Assembly (NCBI GenBank): GCA_036172245.1
Contig: JAYWIR010000007.1
Coordinates: forward strand, 1,178,001 to 1,242,000
DNA length: 64,000 bases
Direction of reading: 5' to 3'
Source: Raillietiella orientalis
Lineage: Eukaryota
Each line of letters opens with the position of its first letter. Within the stretch, counting starts at the first letter, position 1. This document shows, piece after piece, positions 25,544 to 38,063 of this stretch. A program made the position numbers and the translations under genes. The notes beneath the pieces were generated by a model that had not been told where the DNA came from, made no database searches, and saw nothing but the letters and a program-made list of their open reading frames with translations.

Positions 25544-26453
25544 TTATTTCATATGTAAGTTTCTAGAGGAACCCATCAGATATGTGGAGATGGAATAATA
25601 ATGAATGCTAGACCCCAAAATAACAAAAACATGCCAAATGGCGTGAGCACATGGAATATGACCATCCATCTTAAAAAAAGGAATACCCAGAATATAGGCA
25701 GCACCTCCTAGAGCAAGCTCTGTTAAACCAAAAACCTCTCCATTATATTCAACAACTACAACAGCAGGACCCAAACCTAATAATACATATAACATGGTTT
25801 CTAGCTGTTTGTAACGTTCATGAAATAATTGCTGATAGATGATTCCAAGTGCAGCAAACATCCAAATCATCCATCTGAAACAACAACCCCATGATTGTTC
25901 TGGAAATGGTAATAAATACAACCACGGGAAATACGATCCAGCAATAAATAAATATATCATAGCTCGATCGCTCCGATGAAGAAAACTTCTAAGTTTGCTA
26001 AAGAAAATAATTTGTTACACCTGCCAGAAGTGTTTCATAATTTACCCATGAGGCATCAGGTATGCAACAGCGTGAAAGGCTGTAGAAATGGCAAACAAAA
26101 GAATCATTGCTACACCAAATACCACTGCACATAAATACTGATGGCTAGAATCTGCCTTCTGAACAAGAATCCAACTTGCCAATACACTTGGAATGACCCA
26201 TGTCTGGAAAACAATACCCCTTTATTAACTTCTTGCCAGCTAATTTTCTAGTTTTTTAATAAGTTTCGATCAGCATTGGCTTTTTCTTCTATTTAATCAA
26301 TACTAAATGAAATTCACTCATCCAGTTATAATTTATCAAATTTTGGTTCCAAAATGATAAAATTGAATCACTTACTGCATGTGTTAGGAAATTGGCAATA
26401 TGTTCAATACTAGTGGGAATATACGGCTGAGTACTACACGGACGAGGATTCAT
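25544..26453 (-). CDS. MMD: Monocyte-to-macrophage differentiation factor-like protein (PAQR / hemolysin-III family), about 229 aa
   Basis: Exons 26453-26376, 26203-26046 and 25997-25544 (GT-AG introns of 172 and 48 nt). Motifs: MNPRPCSTQPYIPTSIEHIANFLTHA (ExxxNxxTH), STAFH, HRSDRAMIYLFIAGSYFPWL, GIPFFKMDGHIPCAHAIWHVFV (HxxWH). An upstream exon at 26568-26519 may extend the N-terminus (see findings). Confidence 0.93.
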
Positions 26454-29400
26454 CCAGTTTTGTTTTATCCATTTTTTTCTTCAAACTGCGTTAAAATAAA
26501 CCAACAACTTGAACTTACCCAGCGAACGAAAACACAGTGGCAAATCGCATGGAACAAATGGCCGTCATACTTTGATTATTAATACTCTATGGTATACAGG
26601 TGTTGCAAACGCATTACATATTTGTATGTATGTTTGCACCTGTCATACATGGCCTCACTCACACACACAGAAGGCTCTTTTCCTCATTGTATGGACAAAC
26701 CATGAAGCTGAAGAGTTTTGCTTACAATATTTTCACACTTAAAGCGAAAGCTTCATAGAAATTCGTGAGGCTCATCCTACAATTTGCAAAACGTACAACT
26801 TGTGCCCCAAGCCTTTCAACTTTAACACCAGGTTCATCGTGCAGTAGCTGAAGCTTGACCTTTCACGCGACCAGGTTTGCAGTGCGTTCCTAACCTTTCA
26901 ACAATCGAAATTCAGTAATGTTACCAAACTTCAGCGCATACGGAAAATGTCATTCTGACATTCAGAAGAAAGGAAAAGGTCAACATGGTGGTTTGCATTC
27001 TCTTGCAGAGTCTTGCACACCGAAACATCAAAGGGGATGGATAAATATAACAGTCCAAAGTAAACTTCGCAGTTCTATCCGTTCCGATACACAGTTTGGC
27101 TTTTCGTTTCGCGTTAAGAAACCAGCATCCAATGAGGTTTGATAAAGCGAATTTGATTCACTTTCTATCTAAAGCTCTGCAATCTACGAAATCCAAAATC
27201 TCGATTCTCGTGGCTTTTCTCCTTTTCGAGGGACCTTTTCATCTTATCTTTTCCTTGGACTGCAGCGTATTTTAAATTCTATGTTTTGGTATTTGATGTG
27301 AATTCCATGTAAACCCATATTACGGAAAACTGCGGGAAGAGTTTCAGTATTATCACTCCCTGCACCAGCCTCCACAACATGTCACCAACGATTTGTGTTA
27401 CTCAAAGACTTGGAAAAGAAATTCAGCTTCCTGGGTCAGTGATGACGTTGATTTCTGACAAATGAAATGTTCTTTACGAGTTCATGTTTACATGGTTTCA
27501 TATGCTTGGATAATGGCTTACTGATAAAACGTCGTTTCTAAAACCTAAAACTACAATTAAAATAAAAAAGTAATTTAAAAATAATGTTTCAAAAGGAGAA
27601 TTTTTTAAATTTTAAAAGGGGTGCTTACAAGTACTTTTGTGTTGCCAAAAAAGTAAAAAAGTATTCCCCTATGAAGTGCATTGCTCGGGCAAATCTGTCA
27701 TCATTTTTGCTACTCGACGAAAATCTGAAGATGGAATTATCACACAAATCAATGTTTTGTTACGAAGGTTTTCTGAGAAATAGGTGTTTCTTTTTAGGAC
27801 TTATGAAAAAGGGTTGTGTGTAGTGCTGCTTGTTCGGCACGAAACATAATGTTTTTCTTGTGTTTCGTCAGTTTCTTTCCTTCAAAACATATGATAACAA
27901 CATCAGGAAATTTTCTACCTGTATATTTTTATGTAGGGGACATTTTACAGTCGACTCTCCATTCCATAAGGTTTCCAAGTCTCGCATATCCTTACCGACT
28001 GCTCCTAAATGCGGATACTTGTTTACACGATTTGAAATCAGCCAAAAATATTATCTTATGACAACAAGACTCTATTGTGCATTTAGCTAGTGGGCTGTAA
28101 ATCTCAAGACATACCTCACCGACATCGAAAGTCTTCCAAAACTTATACTGAAATTTTCCGATTTTCTAATGTCCGAGGGAAACCCTGCATTGTTCAATTT
28201 TACTCGAATTGTGGGAATTTGTTTGCCTTCAGTCTTCTGATATTTACGTAAGTTGTTTTTTCCATTAAGTGTATGTTTTCCTCCACCTTTGCAGAAACAA
28301 CTGCTTCATGTTCACGAGAAACTTTAGGCAGCATGTGCTCGTCACCTGTTTCATTAAGCAAATAACCAAAAACACACTATGCTTTACCAATTCTGTTTGC
28401 ATGGCCAAAAAATGCAACAGATTTACCGATCAAGTCAAAGCACACTCTCTCAACAGATTTTTCACCAGATCCAGACCACTTGGCGCATGCTCTCCTTTTT
28501 TGCTCTCCCACTGCACCACCAGAGCCCTTGCGACAAAGAAATGCTTCTTTTTTCTCTTCTGAAACAGGGAGTGCAGTATCCAGATGAACTCCATAGGTGT
28601 CACACAACTTAAGCACTGCTACCCCAAAGTATCCTCCAATTTTAAATCTGCAACTCTCGAGGAGTTTGATGCCTTCCGTCAGAGCGGTTTCGAAGTTTCC
28701 TTTTTCTGATTTTCATGCTATTCTACCAAACTTTTAGCTCTGATTCATTCGAAATAAACATTTCCCATGCAAGCTGAACTTGCACTATCTATCAACACTG
28801 CGATGCGATGGGGGTCATTGCATGCAAGTTGATCAACATGGCACGAGACTCTCCACTGAACTCCTGGAGGTTAGATACCATCTTCTGAGTGCTAATTCTC
28901 ACAGAAAGTCCGATACGAAAAACTCTTCCAAGGTTCATGGTCCACTCCTGGGGATTTTTCCTTCAATGAACTGAACCTAAACTATACCAATACCTAAACT
29001 TACCCCCTGTGACAAATCATGGAAACGCGGGAAATCATGGAAGAGGACATCCGGATCTTCTGATGGCAACTTCTAAATATCCATTACTTCAAAGCAAAAG
29101 CTTATATTTTGATAGGACATTTGTTTTATGCATTGTATCTTAGTAAAAGTTCTCGACGGCAGGCATGAACTTTGTACTCGGGTACACCTGAGACTGGCTT
29201 TGTTAGCCTCGTTTGGCAAAGGCGTTTTTCTCTTTGAAACAGAGCCGAAATTTTAGTATACTTAGAACGGGTGACACTGAAAACACTGAAAACAAGCAGC
29301 GGAATTCAAAATGGGAACATTCCTGCGCTCCATTATCGAATGACTTTTGCAGTTGCGTAAATCCTATTACCTTATGGAAAGAATAGGCAACATGTGGAGC

Positions 29401-30212
29401 GTTGCTCATGAACACTTGAGAGGCAACCAGTACCGGGGAGATGTGGTGTTTTTCCAAGTAATCTCACTCCCGCCTTTCCGCTGATGCCAAGTAAAAAGAA
29501 AATTTCGTGAATGGACAGAGATCAGCGTGCTCCAGCAGTTGCTAATTGCCAGCGTCGCAAATCGGAGCCACGATCTGATGGATGAATGTACTGTCGTGAT
29601 CCACCCCTTTGGACGTGCTTGAAAAATCGAGTTAGTGGGCAGCTTCAGATCGGAAACGAGCTCCGAGGCGTTCTTCATGACATGGCGGGAGAAGGAGAAC
29701 CATTGGAGCACCATTTTCAAGGCATTTCGGTTGGCAGTCGGTTCGACTGTTCCACGGGTCGCGTGACTGCTGCAGTTCTCATGCGTGGGGAAAGAAAAAA
29801 AATACAATGCGGTTTTCTCGGATCCGTGACTGCTGACTCCATGTTCAGCAGGTGTACAATTTATCTTATGTAGGTTGATCAATTGTCCGTAACCAGGAAT
29901 GGTTTTTTTTTTATTCGAGAAGGGTTTGAACTTCTTCTGGGAGTACAAACCAATTGTCCGATTTCTGGTGTTGTGGTCAGTACCATGAAGATTAGGACGA
30001 AGCGTTCAAGAAATCAAAGTGGTTTACGCAACATGGCAGGAATAGACGAAGCATTCGTGCTTTTCGGTCCAAAAAGGAGATGGCAGAATGATCCTGGGCA
30101 GCCGTAGACGAGATGTTTAGACCGATTAGTCACCAAAATCGACCTCAACTGAGCTTCTCACTCTTCATGACAAATTCTAAAGAGCAGCTGGCGGAAATTA
30201 AAACCTTAGGGC

Positions 30213-30234
30213 CACACACACACACACACACACA
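30213..30234. repeat. (CA)11 microsatellite
   Basis: Directly visible. Confidence 0.95.
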
Positions 30235-33200
30235 TGCACACATCTAACTAGAGAAACATGGGATTAAGCAGATGCCGTTACAGTTTCAGTCTTTTAAGCA
30301 ACTGAATTCCACACGCAGTCCGTTTCAATGCCTTTTTTCTGTCTTTGGTTTATTGCATCCCTCGAATGCTCTTCGAAGCCTGAGACGTGCTTTGAGTTGA
30401 GATAACGAATAAATTCAACCAATGAACTGTTCGTATTAAAATAATAATAAGACTTAGGAGATGAATCCCTGGAATGGGGTGAAAACTTTTCTTAACCGAG
30501 TGCAGACAGATCCTTCTGTGTACCAAATTCGAAGAAACTTTGCTCCCGCCTTTCTTGGACAGTCCTATTGTAATTTTTTTTCCTTTCTTTTCCTGACGGA
30601 TATGAGTAGGTTATCAGAGTGTAGCAAATATCTTAGCAGCCAGAGACAAGAGTTTCCCGATAAAGGGGTCGTTGTACATTTTCTTTTACTTCGGTGTTCC
30701 CCAGTCTGGAGAGCACTGAATCTAGAGGCTGTGATCTGCAGACAGGCCAAAAATTCACGAGAAGTTTGTTTGTTTGTTTACACAGAGAATTGGCATTTCA
30801 GACCAGTAATTTCTGCAGTGTTATACTAGAATGGAAATGTCAGCCCACGCAACTGTGTATTTGTTTTTTGTCTTTTCGGTCTTGGCATCCGATTTGCGTA
30901 GAAGCCGAAGAGATTTTCCAAGACGGTATCACCCCGAAAATGCTTAGCTGATTCATTCTCCGCTGTCGTTCGTGACACTCTGTGGGTGCTGATGTAACGA
31001 AGGCTTCGTGACACGTCGGCACCGAGTTTCAACGGCAGTTCAAAGTCCCGAAAATTACAAGCGGTGGATTGCCTGCCGTCGTCCACCGTCCAAGAATTGT
31101 TATAATCAAGTGGAAGGCGACGAAGCCAAATTGCAAGGTGAAACGGCAATTGCTGTGAGCTGTTGTTGCCAACGCTGTACACTGCAGACATCACACGGCA
31201 GTTGGCACATTTAAATCGCGATCCGCTTCCGGTCTCGATCCCCCGGACTGTTCCTAACGGGCATTTAGCCTCCGCCAGGACATGAGCTGGCTTGGGGTTT
31301 ATCGAGTGGGAGGAAGGGGAGGTATCGTAGGACTCGCACGTGAACCCCCCTGACAGGCCCCGTTTCGATGAAGGCCTAGAGATCCGACAATCGCAACAAC
31401 ACAGACGCGGTTGCAATGCAAGAGAAACGCCTTTTCTTTTGCATGGGGGATGCTTTGTTGTTATTATTGTTTCGGTGTGCTGCAAGTTCACCTTCATTCG
31501 AAGACCCGCAGGATAAAATCAGCCCTGTGGTCCGGCCATCGCGATCAATAAATACGGCAGCTGTCTTTCTGGGCAGTCCCTCAGCCTGAGGGGACGACGA
31601 GGGAGGGGACTGAATGACGGGCACAACTGAATTTAATGTGACGGCGTGCGCCCGCTCGTCTTAAGACAACTTCTTCCGCCTTGTTCCCCTTCGTCTCTTT
31701 CTCTGAACGCTTTGGTATGCGCTCCTCCCGCTTTTCCCCGGAGAATCGGTTCGCTTCATTTTTCGCAATCCTTGCGCGCCCACCACTTCGGATCGCAGAG
31801 CTCTCTGCTGAGACGGTGGAACAAGATGGGCGTTTCCATCCGGAAATGGAGTCGCATCCATTTCCGGATGAGAGGATTGAACATATGCTCCGCTCGCGGG
31901 TTTAGAAGCTGTAGGGAGATGGAGGAGAACCACTTTTTATCAAGATCCTCTAAACACATCCTGAGTAACTTCGATATTTCCTCTGGAACACAATCTAAAA
32001 CGAAACATCGACTGTCCTTTTGGAGACACTCCCTGCATGTCCTTGTGGTGCTGCTCGTTCTCCTCTACCGCTCTAAAAGATTTACGGGTAGTTACTTTTG
32101 GTTTCTTTCAGCAGCTCTCTGCTGCTCAACCCGCAGACTGGATCTGCCAGGGTCTTCGTTCTCGAGCAACACTCTCAGCAATATTCGCGGTCAGAGGAAG
32201 CGCGCCTCTGCTTCCGCTGACCTTTCAGGCACGGTGCGGCGAAGGGCGCGAGGAAACTGTCCCTTTTCCAAAAATGGTGCGCGGCTCGCAAGGTCAGCAG
32301 GCAAAGGCATCTCCGAAGGACTGCAGCCGGCGGTCCAGTGGAGGATGTCCGAAAACGGATACTCAGATATCTCCCTCATGGTTTTTTTTTTTGCTTTTTT
32401 TGACGCGGCACTGGAAACGGGGAAAGTAAGGGTAGCCCTTCGCTTCGCAAACAGCGATTTTTGCTTTTCTTTTTAGCGCGCAAAAGCCACTGGCAGAAGA
32501 ATCTCCGGCACGGAGAGAGAGGTCGGCTTGGCGCGGCGCCGTCCACGTTTCATTCCGTTTCGCTTTCGCTCCGTCGGGACGAGCTGGGAGGCCGAAGTTC
32601 GGGCGTTGCCACCGCACCTCCCACGCCACTACGTCACCGCTGTCCACGGACAATCCGTAACTTTCCTGAAAACTATCGGTGGAATGAGAAGGTCAAAGTG
32701 GTCGCTGCTACTAGAGGAAATTTGCCGAGTTCTTGGATGCCTCTGGTGAGAAGGACACGCGCTCGGACGCAGCCAACCAAACAGCTCCTTTCCCGTTTCG
32801 GCGCACCAAGCTCCGCTCGGCGGTGATGGGTCCAGAACGCTTCGTCTGAGCTACCACGGCAACGTGAGGAATTGCCTCGCGGACAGATTGCTGCCAAGCC
32901 AGCTTTTCGGTTGGCTCTCCGTGGCTGGTTATGGTGGAGCGCCCAGCCGGTATATTCCGCCCACCCGTCCGGAATGACCGAATCCGAGTCCGAAAAGGGC
33001 ATGCTGGCCAGGCGCTGAAACCCGGAAAGTGAAGGGCATGATCAGAAGGTTGCAGGTGCAGCCAAAAAGTCTTTTTGACAGCGCGCGCAGATCCACCTAC
33101 GAAGAAGCAGCGCCCATTACGAAGACTTCTCGTGAGGAAACGAATCGTATTTCCTCTTTGGACTTTTAATAAAGATCGGGGCGATATCGCCACAAATTCC

Positions 33201-36200
33201 CAATTCTACTAGCAGCCCGACCATGGAGGGGGAGACCAAGCATGCGAAGATAACAAGCTCATTTTCTTCATGTTAAGGCGCATGCTATGTGATGCTGCTT
33301 GTTTCTTCCTTTTCTTTTTTTCTTCCTTTTTCCCCGATCGATAACCGCTAGAAGTGGGGTGGGGATTGGGGTGGCGGGAGACAGGATGCACGTGCGGCCG
33401 ATTTTACATGCAAAGGCATCCGCCTCAGCGCGAGGGCATCTGCGAGCTGCTTACTACTCCTGCAGCTATTGATGGAATGGATTCCTAGCCCTTTCGTTAC
33501 GATCGGCAAACAGAAACTAACGGGATGTAAACTGGATCCGAGCAGGCAGCTTCACAGTACCAACGTCTGCAGTTCTTGCTTTCACAAAACACGCACCCTT
33601 CTCGTTCCCCGTGCAAGAAGGTCGTATATTCCCTTAATAGGCTTTGTACGTCCATGAGCTTGACAGTGGGATGAAATGGCCTATTATCTGAGATCAGACT
33701 TCGGGATAATAAATTTAAAAATAAAACGATAACAACGGCAGCATAATGTCCGTGGCCTATTTTGAAAATGCACCTCGGATAGCATCGATTTTGCTTCCCC
33801 CCCCCTCCCCCATCCAAATGGGCAGCCCTAGGCAGAGCCCTAAATAAAATAAAAGAAAACTGAAAGCTGGAAAACCACTTCCCGCTTTTTCGTAAGTATG
33901 GCAAGGAAATCCGCAGGGCTGCAGAGATTCCACCACGTGAAGTGAGGAAGGTTCGTGAGGGTCCAGTGGTAGATAAGGACAGTCTGCGATCAATCTGAAA
34001 TTTACATCCCACGTTCTTTCCGATAATTAGATTGGTGCTACTAAGTCATAAAAAAGGTAATCAAGAGGTACTCTCCATCGACGTGAAATGCAAAACCACC
34101 TCCGCACCTCTCACGGAATGCAACCATCATTGCACTTCCGTATCCGGTAAGAACGGATCTTAAAAGCCTGGTCCTTTTGGAGATGTGCATTCCATCAACT
34201 TGACTGATTTCCTGTCTACCTGTTTGCATAGGTACGTTGATGTACAACAGGATAGGAGCAAGGAATCAGGCTAGCGAGCCATCTACACTGTCGCCGCCTG
34301 TACACCTTGCGACACTTTTCCAATGAAGAAGCCACATAAATGCATCAAGGATCATGAAGTGCGTTTCCTGGTGTTGGTTTGAATGTCGGACTCGAGCACT
34401 GACAGTGCAAATAATTGTCCAATTGTATGTCCATCCATCACACGTCCAGCGTGATTTAGCATGGCCTTTTCCACGGAGCAGTTGCTTCAAATTCTATTCA
34501 GATCCAATGGGTTCTTTCCCCGTACACGCATGTTTTGCTGAAAAATGAGCAACTTTTGGGGTTTTTTATGAAAGCAGGAATTTCCCCCCCTGAAGATCAA
34601 ATATGCACTTGACGAAATGATCTTACAGGAAACCCAAAGGATGAATGACGCGGCTGTTGAAATCAAGTGACGCAGGCAACACGTAAGGATTTCTTTCCAC
34701 TCAACGAATTTCTTTCCAGTATTGGTAAAACGAAGGATATATAAGATTTCCTGCATCACACTTTCGAGCATCAACGTGTGGCACTGTGGAAGGATGATTC
34801 GGCAACTCGAATTTACGCGCTACACCTGCACGATGATACCCAAACGAAACAACACGATGAAATCCAACATGGCGCCTCAACAATCGGGGGTGCAGGCTTA
34901 CACCCGGAGCTTCCTGGAAGGGAATTTCGCCCTGCTATCCGTTCGCGTTTTCACAAATCGCATCTCCTGGTCGCAAGTTCCCGACGCACAATGCGGGGCC
35001 GGATGTTTCTTTCTCGCCCTTGCGAATGGGGGTGCGGAGCTTTCATATTCAGGTTCGCCGTAAGGTGTCCAGGTGATTGATGCGTGGGTTGCGCGCCTGA
35101 GCATGTGGCGGCCACGATCCCGCGCAGGGGCAACTCCTCTTTGCCCAGCAAATTCCTGGAAGCCAACCGCTCCATTGCCCTTCGAAGATACTGCGTGCGC
35201 AAGCGCGCACGGATCTTGGATCTCCGCATCCGCCGCCGCTTCGGGAGCACAAGGCCTTTCTTTCCAAGGAGCCTGGGCGCAGCTGTGGCTCCGGAGACGC
35301 TGGCACGTGGGAGAGGAGGGAACGAGGCACCACTCGCCAACGAGAGAGAGAGATGCCCAGCCCTTGGGTTCGTTCCGGAGGTCGGACGGAAGCGTCGTCC
35401 GCGGGCTCTGAAAACAGGCGCCTTCCGGCACGGCGAGCACGCGCGGCGTGGTGATCCCACGTCGGTTGCTGGGCTGCTGCTGCTTCCTGCCGTTGGGCTT
35501 CTCGTCGGCGCTCCTCGTGCACGCTCAGCCCGCTCGTGATTACCCCTTCTGCGAGCCCCTTCCGGACCTTCTCCTTGCGCCGCGTCAAGGTGGCCTCAGG
35601 AGCGCCTCCGAGGTCGTGGGGCAAAAATCAGAGTGAAATCGTTGCTCGCTCACCCTCGCTGCTCCCGTCGACCCCGCTATGGCAACGGGAACTGCTGCTC
35701 TCCTCCTCCACCGACTGACGGAAGCAGAGCGCAGGGTTGCCCCTCGCACTAGCGACGCTCTCGGCGCGCGCGTGCGTGCAAAAGGGAGTGCGGGGAGAAT
35801 CAGGTTGCTGCGGACCTTGACCTCGCCATGTCAAGCTGTCGGGAGGAAAGGGGTGGGCGGGCGCAACCTCTTCTTTCTGGCGCGAGGGAGGGGGTGGGTG
35901 GGCATCCGGGTTGCCTCAAACGACCTTTCGACCTTCGTGCAGTCGCACTAAGGGGAAAGCCTGCTTGGGTCCCGGAAGGGAGGGACTTGCAGAGCCCCTC
36001 GCAGGAAACCGGAGCGTCCGTTCAAAGGGCGAGAGAAGGATGTCCCCGTTCGCGCCCTGCGGGGTCCCTCTACCATGGAGAGCGGCTGAAGGACGCCTGC
36101 GAATGTCAAGGCCTGGTCGTTGCGCCCTTCGGGGTCGCCCCTGGTCCGAGGGTTCGGGAAAGGTCGCGTGGAGGAGAAGCAATAAAAAATTTCAGGGCCC

Positions 36201-37048
36201 CTCACTTCCGCCTCCCCTCTCCCGGGTCCAGCGACCGGTCCTGCCTGACAGCCGCAGAGCGGGCCGGCCTCTCCGTTGCCAGGAGGGACGCGCTGCCAAC
36301 ACCGCCTGGCGGACGGGTCGAGCGGCTCTTGGCGGTCTCATCGGCTACGTTCCCTCCGGTCCCGCGAGGGGAAGGAAGGGAACCTCCCCCACGCCCTTCC
36401 CGCGGCTCCTAGAAGTGGGGAGGCAGGGCGCTGCAGCAGTCCTGGGGAGCCTGCGGAGGGGTCGCCTCCCTCGCTGCAGGACGGGGGGGAGCCTCGGCCT
36501 GGAGGAACGGTGGTGGGCAGGAAAAGAGGAGCCCTCGGCGTCGTCTCGCTGCCCTTCCCCCCGAGGGGGAAGAGAAGGGTTTGGGGAAGGGGGGGGGGGC
36601 TGGTTAGGACGTGACCTGGGTCGGGTGGGAAGGGCATACCTTCGCTGCCCCCTCCGGTCGATGAGAGTCCGGCCCTTCTTTCCGCTTCCAGGGCGCTGGG
36701 AGCGCGCCTTGCTACAGGGATGGGGTGGGGGAGAGACAACAACAGGCGAGGTCATAAAAGGTCGCCAGACGTTTATTGTGGAATCAGGAGAGAGAGAGAG
36801 AAAAACACGAAACGGGGGCAGGGGGGAAGAGGGGGAGGAGTGCGCCCCTCTTTTTCACTCCCTTTCTGCTGGCGCCGCCCTCGCCGGTCCCGGAGGACGG
36901 CGGGCCGCCCGCGACGGTCTGGGGCGAAGGCGGGTGAGGAGGGGACGCAGTGCCCGTCCCCAGGAGCTCCTCCTCCTCGTTCTCCGCGGTCCTCTCTGCC
37001 TGCGGGGGAGGGGGGGCAGGGAGGGATAGGGGGCCTCCCTCCTCCTCC

Positions 37049-37459
37049 TCACGACGAGCAGGAGACGCGATCCAGGGCGCAGGGAGGGCCGCAGCCCCGC
37101 TCTGCCCTCCCTTCCGGGGGGAGGGTGCAGGAGGGCGGTGCCCCCTCCGCCTGACCCCCCGCTGACTCGCCGGCAACGTAGGGGGGGGAGGAGGCAGCGG
37201 CGACGGCGCTCACCATCGTCGCCGCGTCGTGGCGGTCGTCCGGGGAGTCCTGCGGTGGTGCCACTGCGGGGGGGCACCTCGTCTCGCCGGGATCGTCCCT
37301 CGGGAGGGTCACGGAGACCGTGGGCGACCGACCCACGGCCTCGTCGTAGGAGGGCGGCGGACAGTCCGGGAACAGCACGGCATAGTAGTCGGGAGGCTTG
37401 CAGTCCACGGCGCCGGAGCGGGTGTCGGCGCCGGGTGGGCTCCGGGAGCTCTCATTTTC
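37049..37459 (-). CDS. Terminal exon of the two-TM PPxY protein (Pro-rich cytoplasmic tail)
   Basis: Phase-0 acceptor ctgtttccag|GAA at 37460/37459; open for 136 codons with KPPDYYAV, CPPPSYDEAV and SSPPYV; AATAAA on - at 36772-36777. Joining it to the 44088-44354 exon (6.6-kb intron, 225-aa product) is inferred from phase. Confidence 0.68.
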   Translation of the reverse strand, partial: ENESSRSPPGADTRSGAVDCKPPDYYAVLFPDCPPPSYDEAVGRSPTVSVTLPRDDPGETRCPPAVAPPQDSPDDRHDAATMVSAVAAASSPPYVAGESAGGQAEGAPPSCTLPPEGRAERGCGPPCALDRVSCSS

Positions 37460-37869
37460 CTGGAAACAGATGCACTGATGAGAGAGGAAGGCAGCTGGTG
37501 CGGCGCCCTGTCCTGCGCTTCGCCAGCCGCGGGGGCACCGCGAGCTTCCGACGGAAGCAAAGTCACGGGGGAGGGGAGTCTCTTCCCCCCCCCCCCCGTC
37601 GTCGAGAGGGAAGAGAGCACCAATTTCCTCCCCCCACCCCTCCCCATCTCAGCCGCATCCAGCCAGCCCCGTGACGAAGCCAAACATCGGCAAGGAAGAC
37701 TACGCGCCTCCCCCAGAGGGGTACGGGAGCAACAGACCCTGCAGGGGAGGGTCGGGAGGACAAGCACGGGGCATCGCGCACGCCGTGCCGTCACTCCTCC
37801 ATAGCTCTCCCGGTGAGAAAAAAGCTTGGAGGGGCGACAACGGTACTTCCCTCTCCCGCATCCGTGACA

Positions 37870-38063
37870 GCGGGGGACGAGGGAGGAGGACGGGAGAAGG
37901 GGAGAGGGGAGGGGAGAAGGAAGTAGGAAGGGGGAAGAAAGGAGGAGGAGGACGAAGAAAGGGGGGAAGCAAAGAAGGAAGAGGAGGAGGGAGGGGGGGA
38001 AGAGGAAGAAAAGAAAGGGAAGAAGGGAGGAAAGGAAGGAAGGAAGGAAGAGGGGAGGAGGGA
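37870..38063 (+). repeat. Low-complexity polypurine (GGA/GAA) tract
   Basis: About 190 nt made almost entirely of G and A, inside the large intron of the two-TM gene. Confidence 0.9.
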
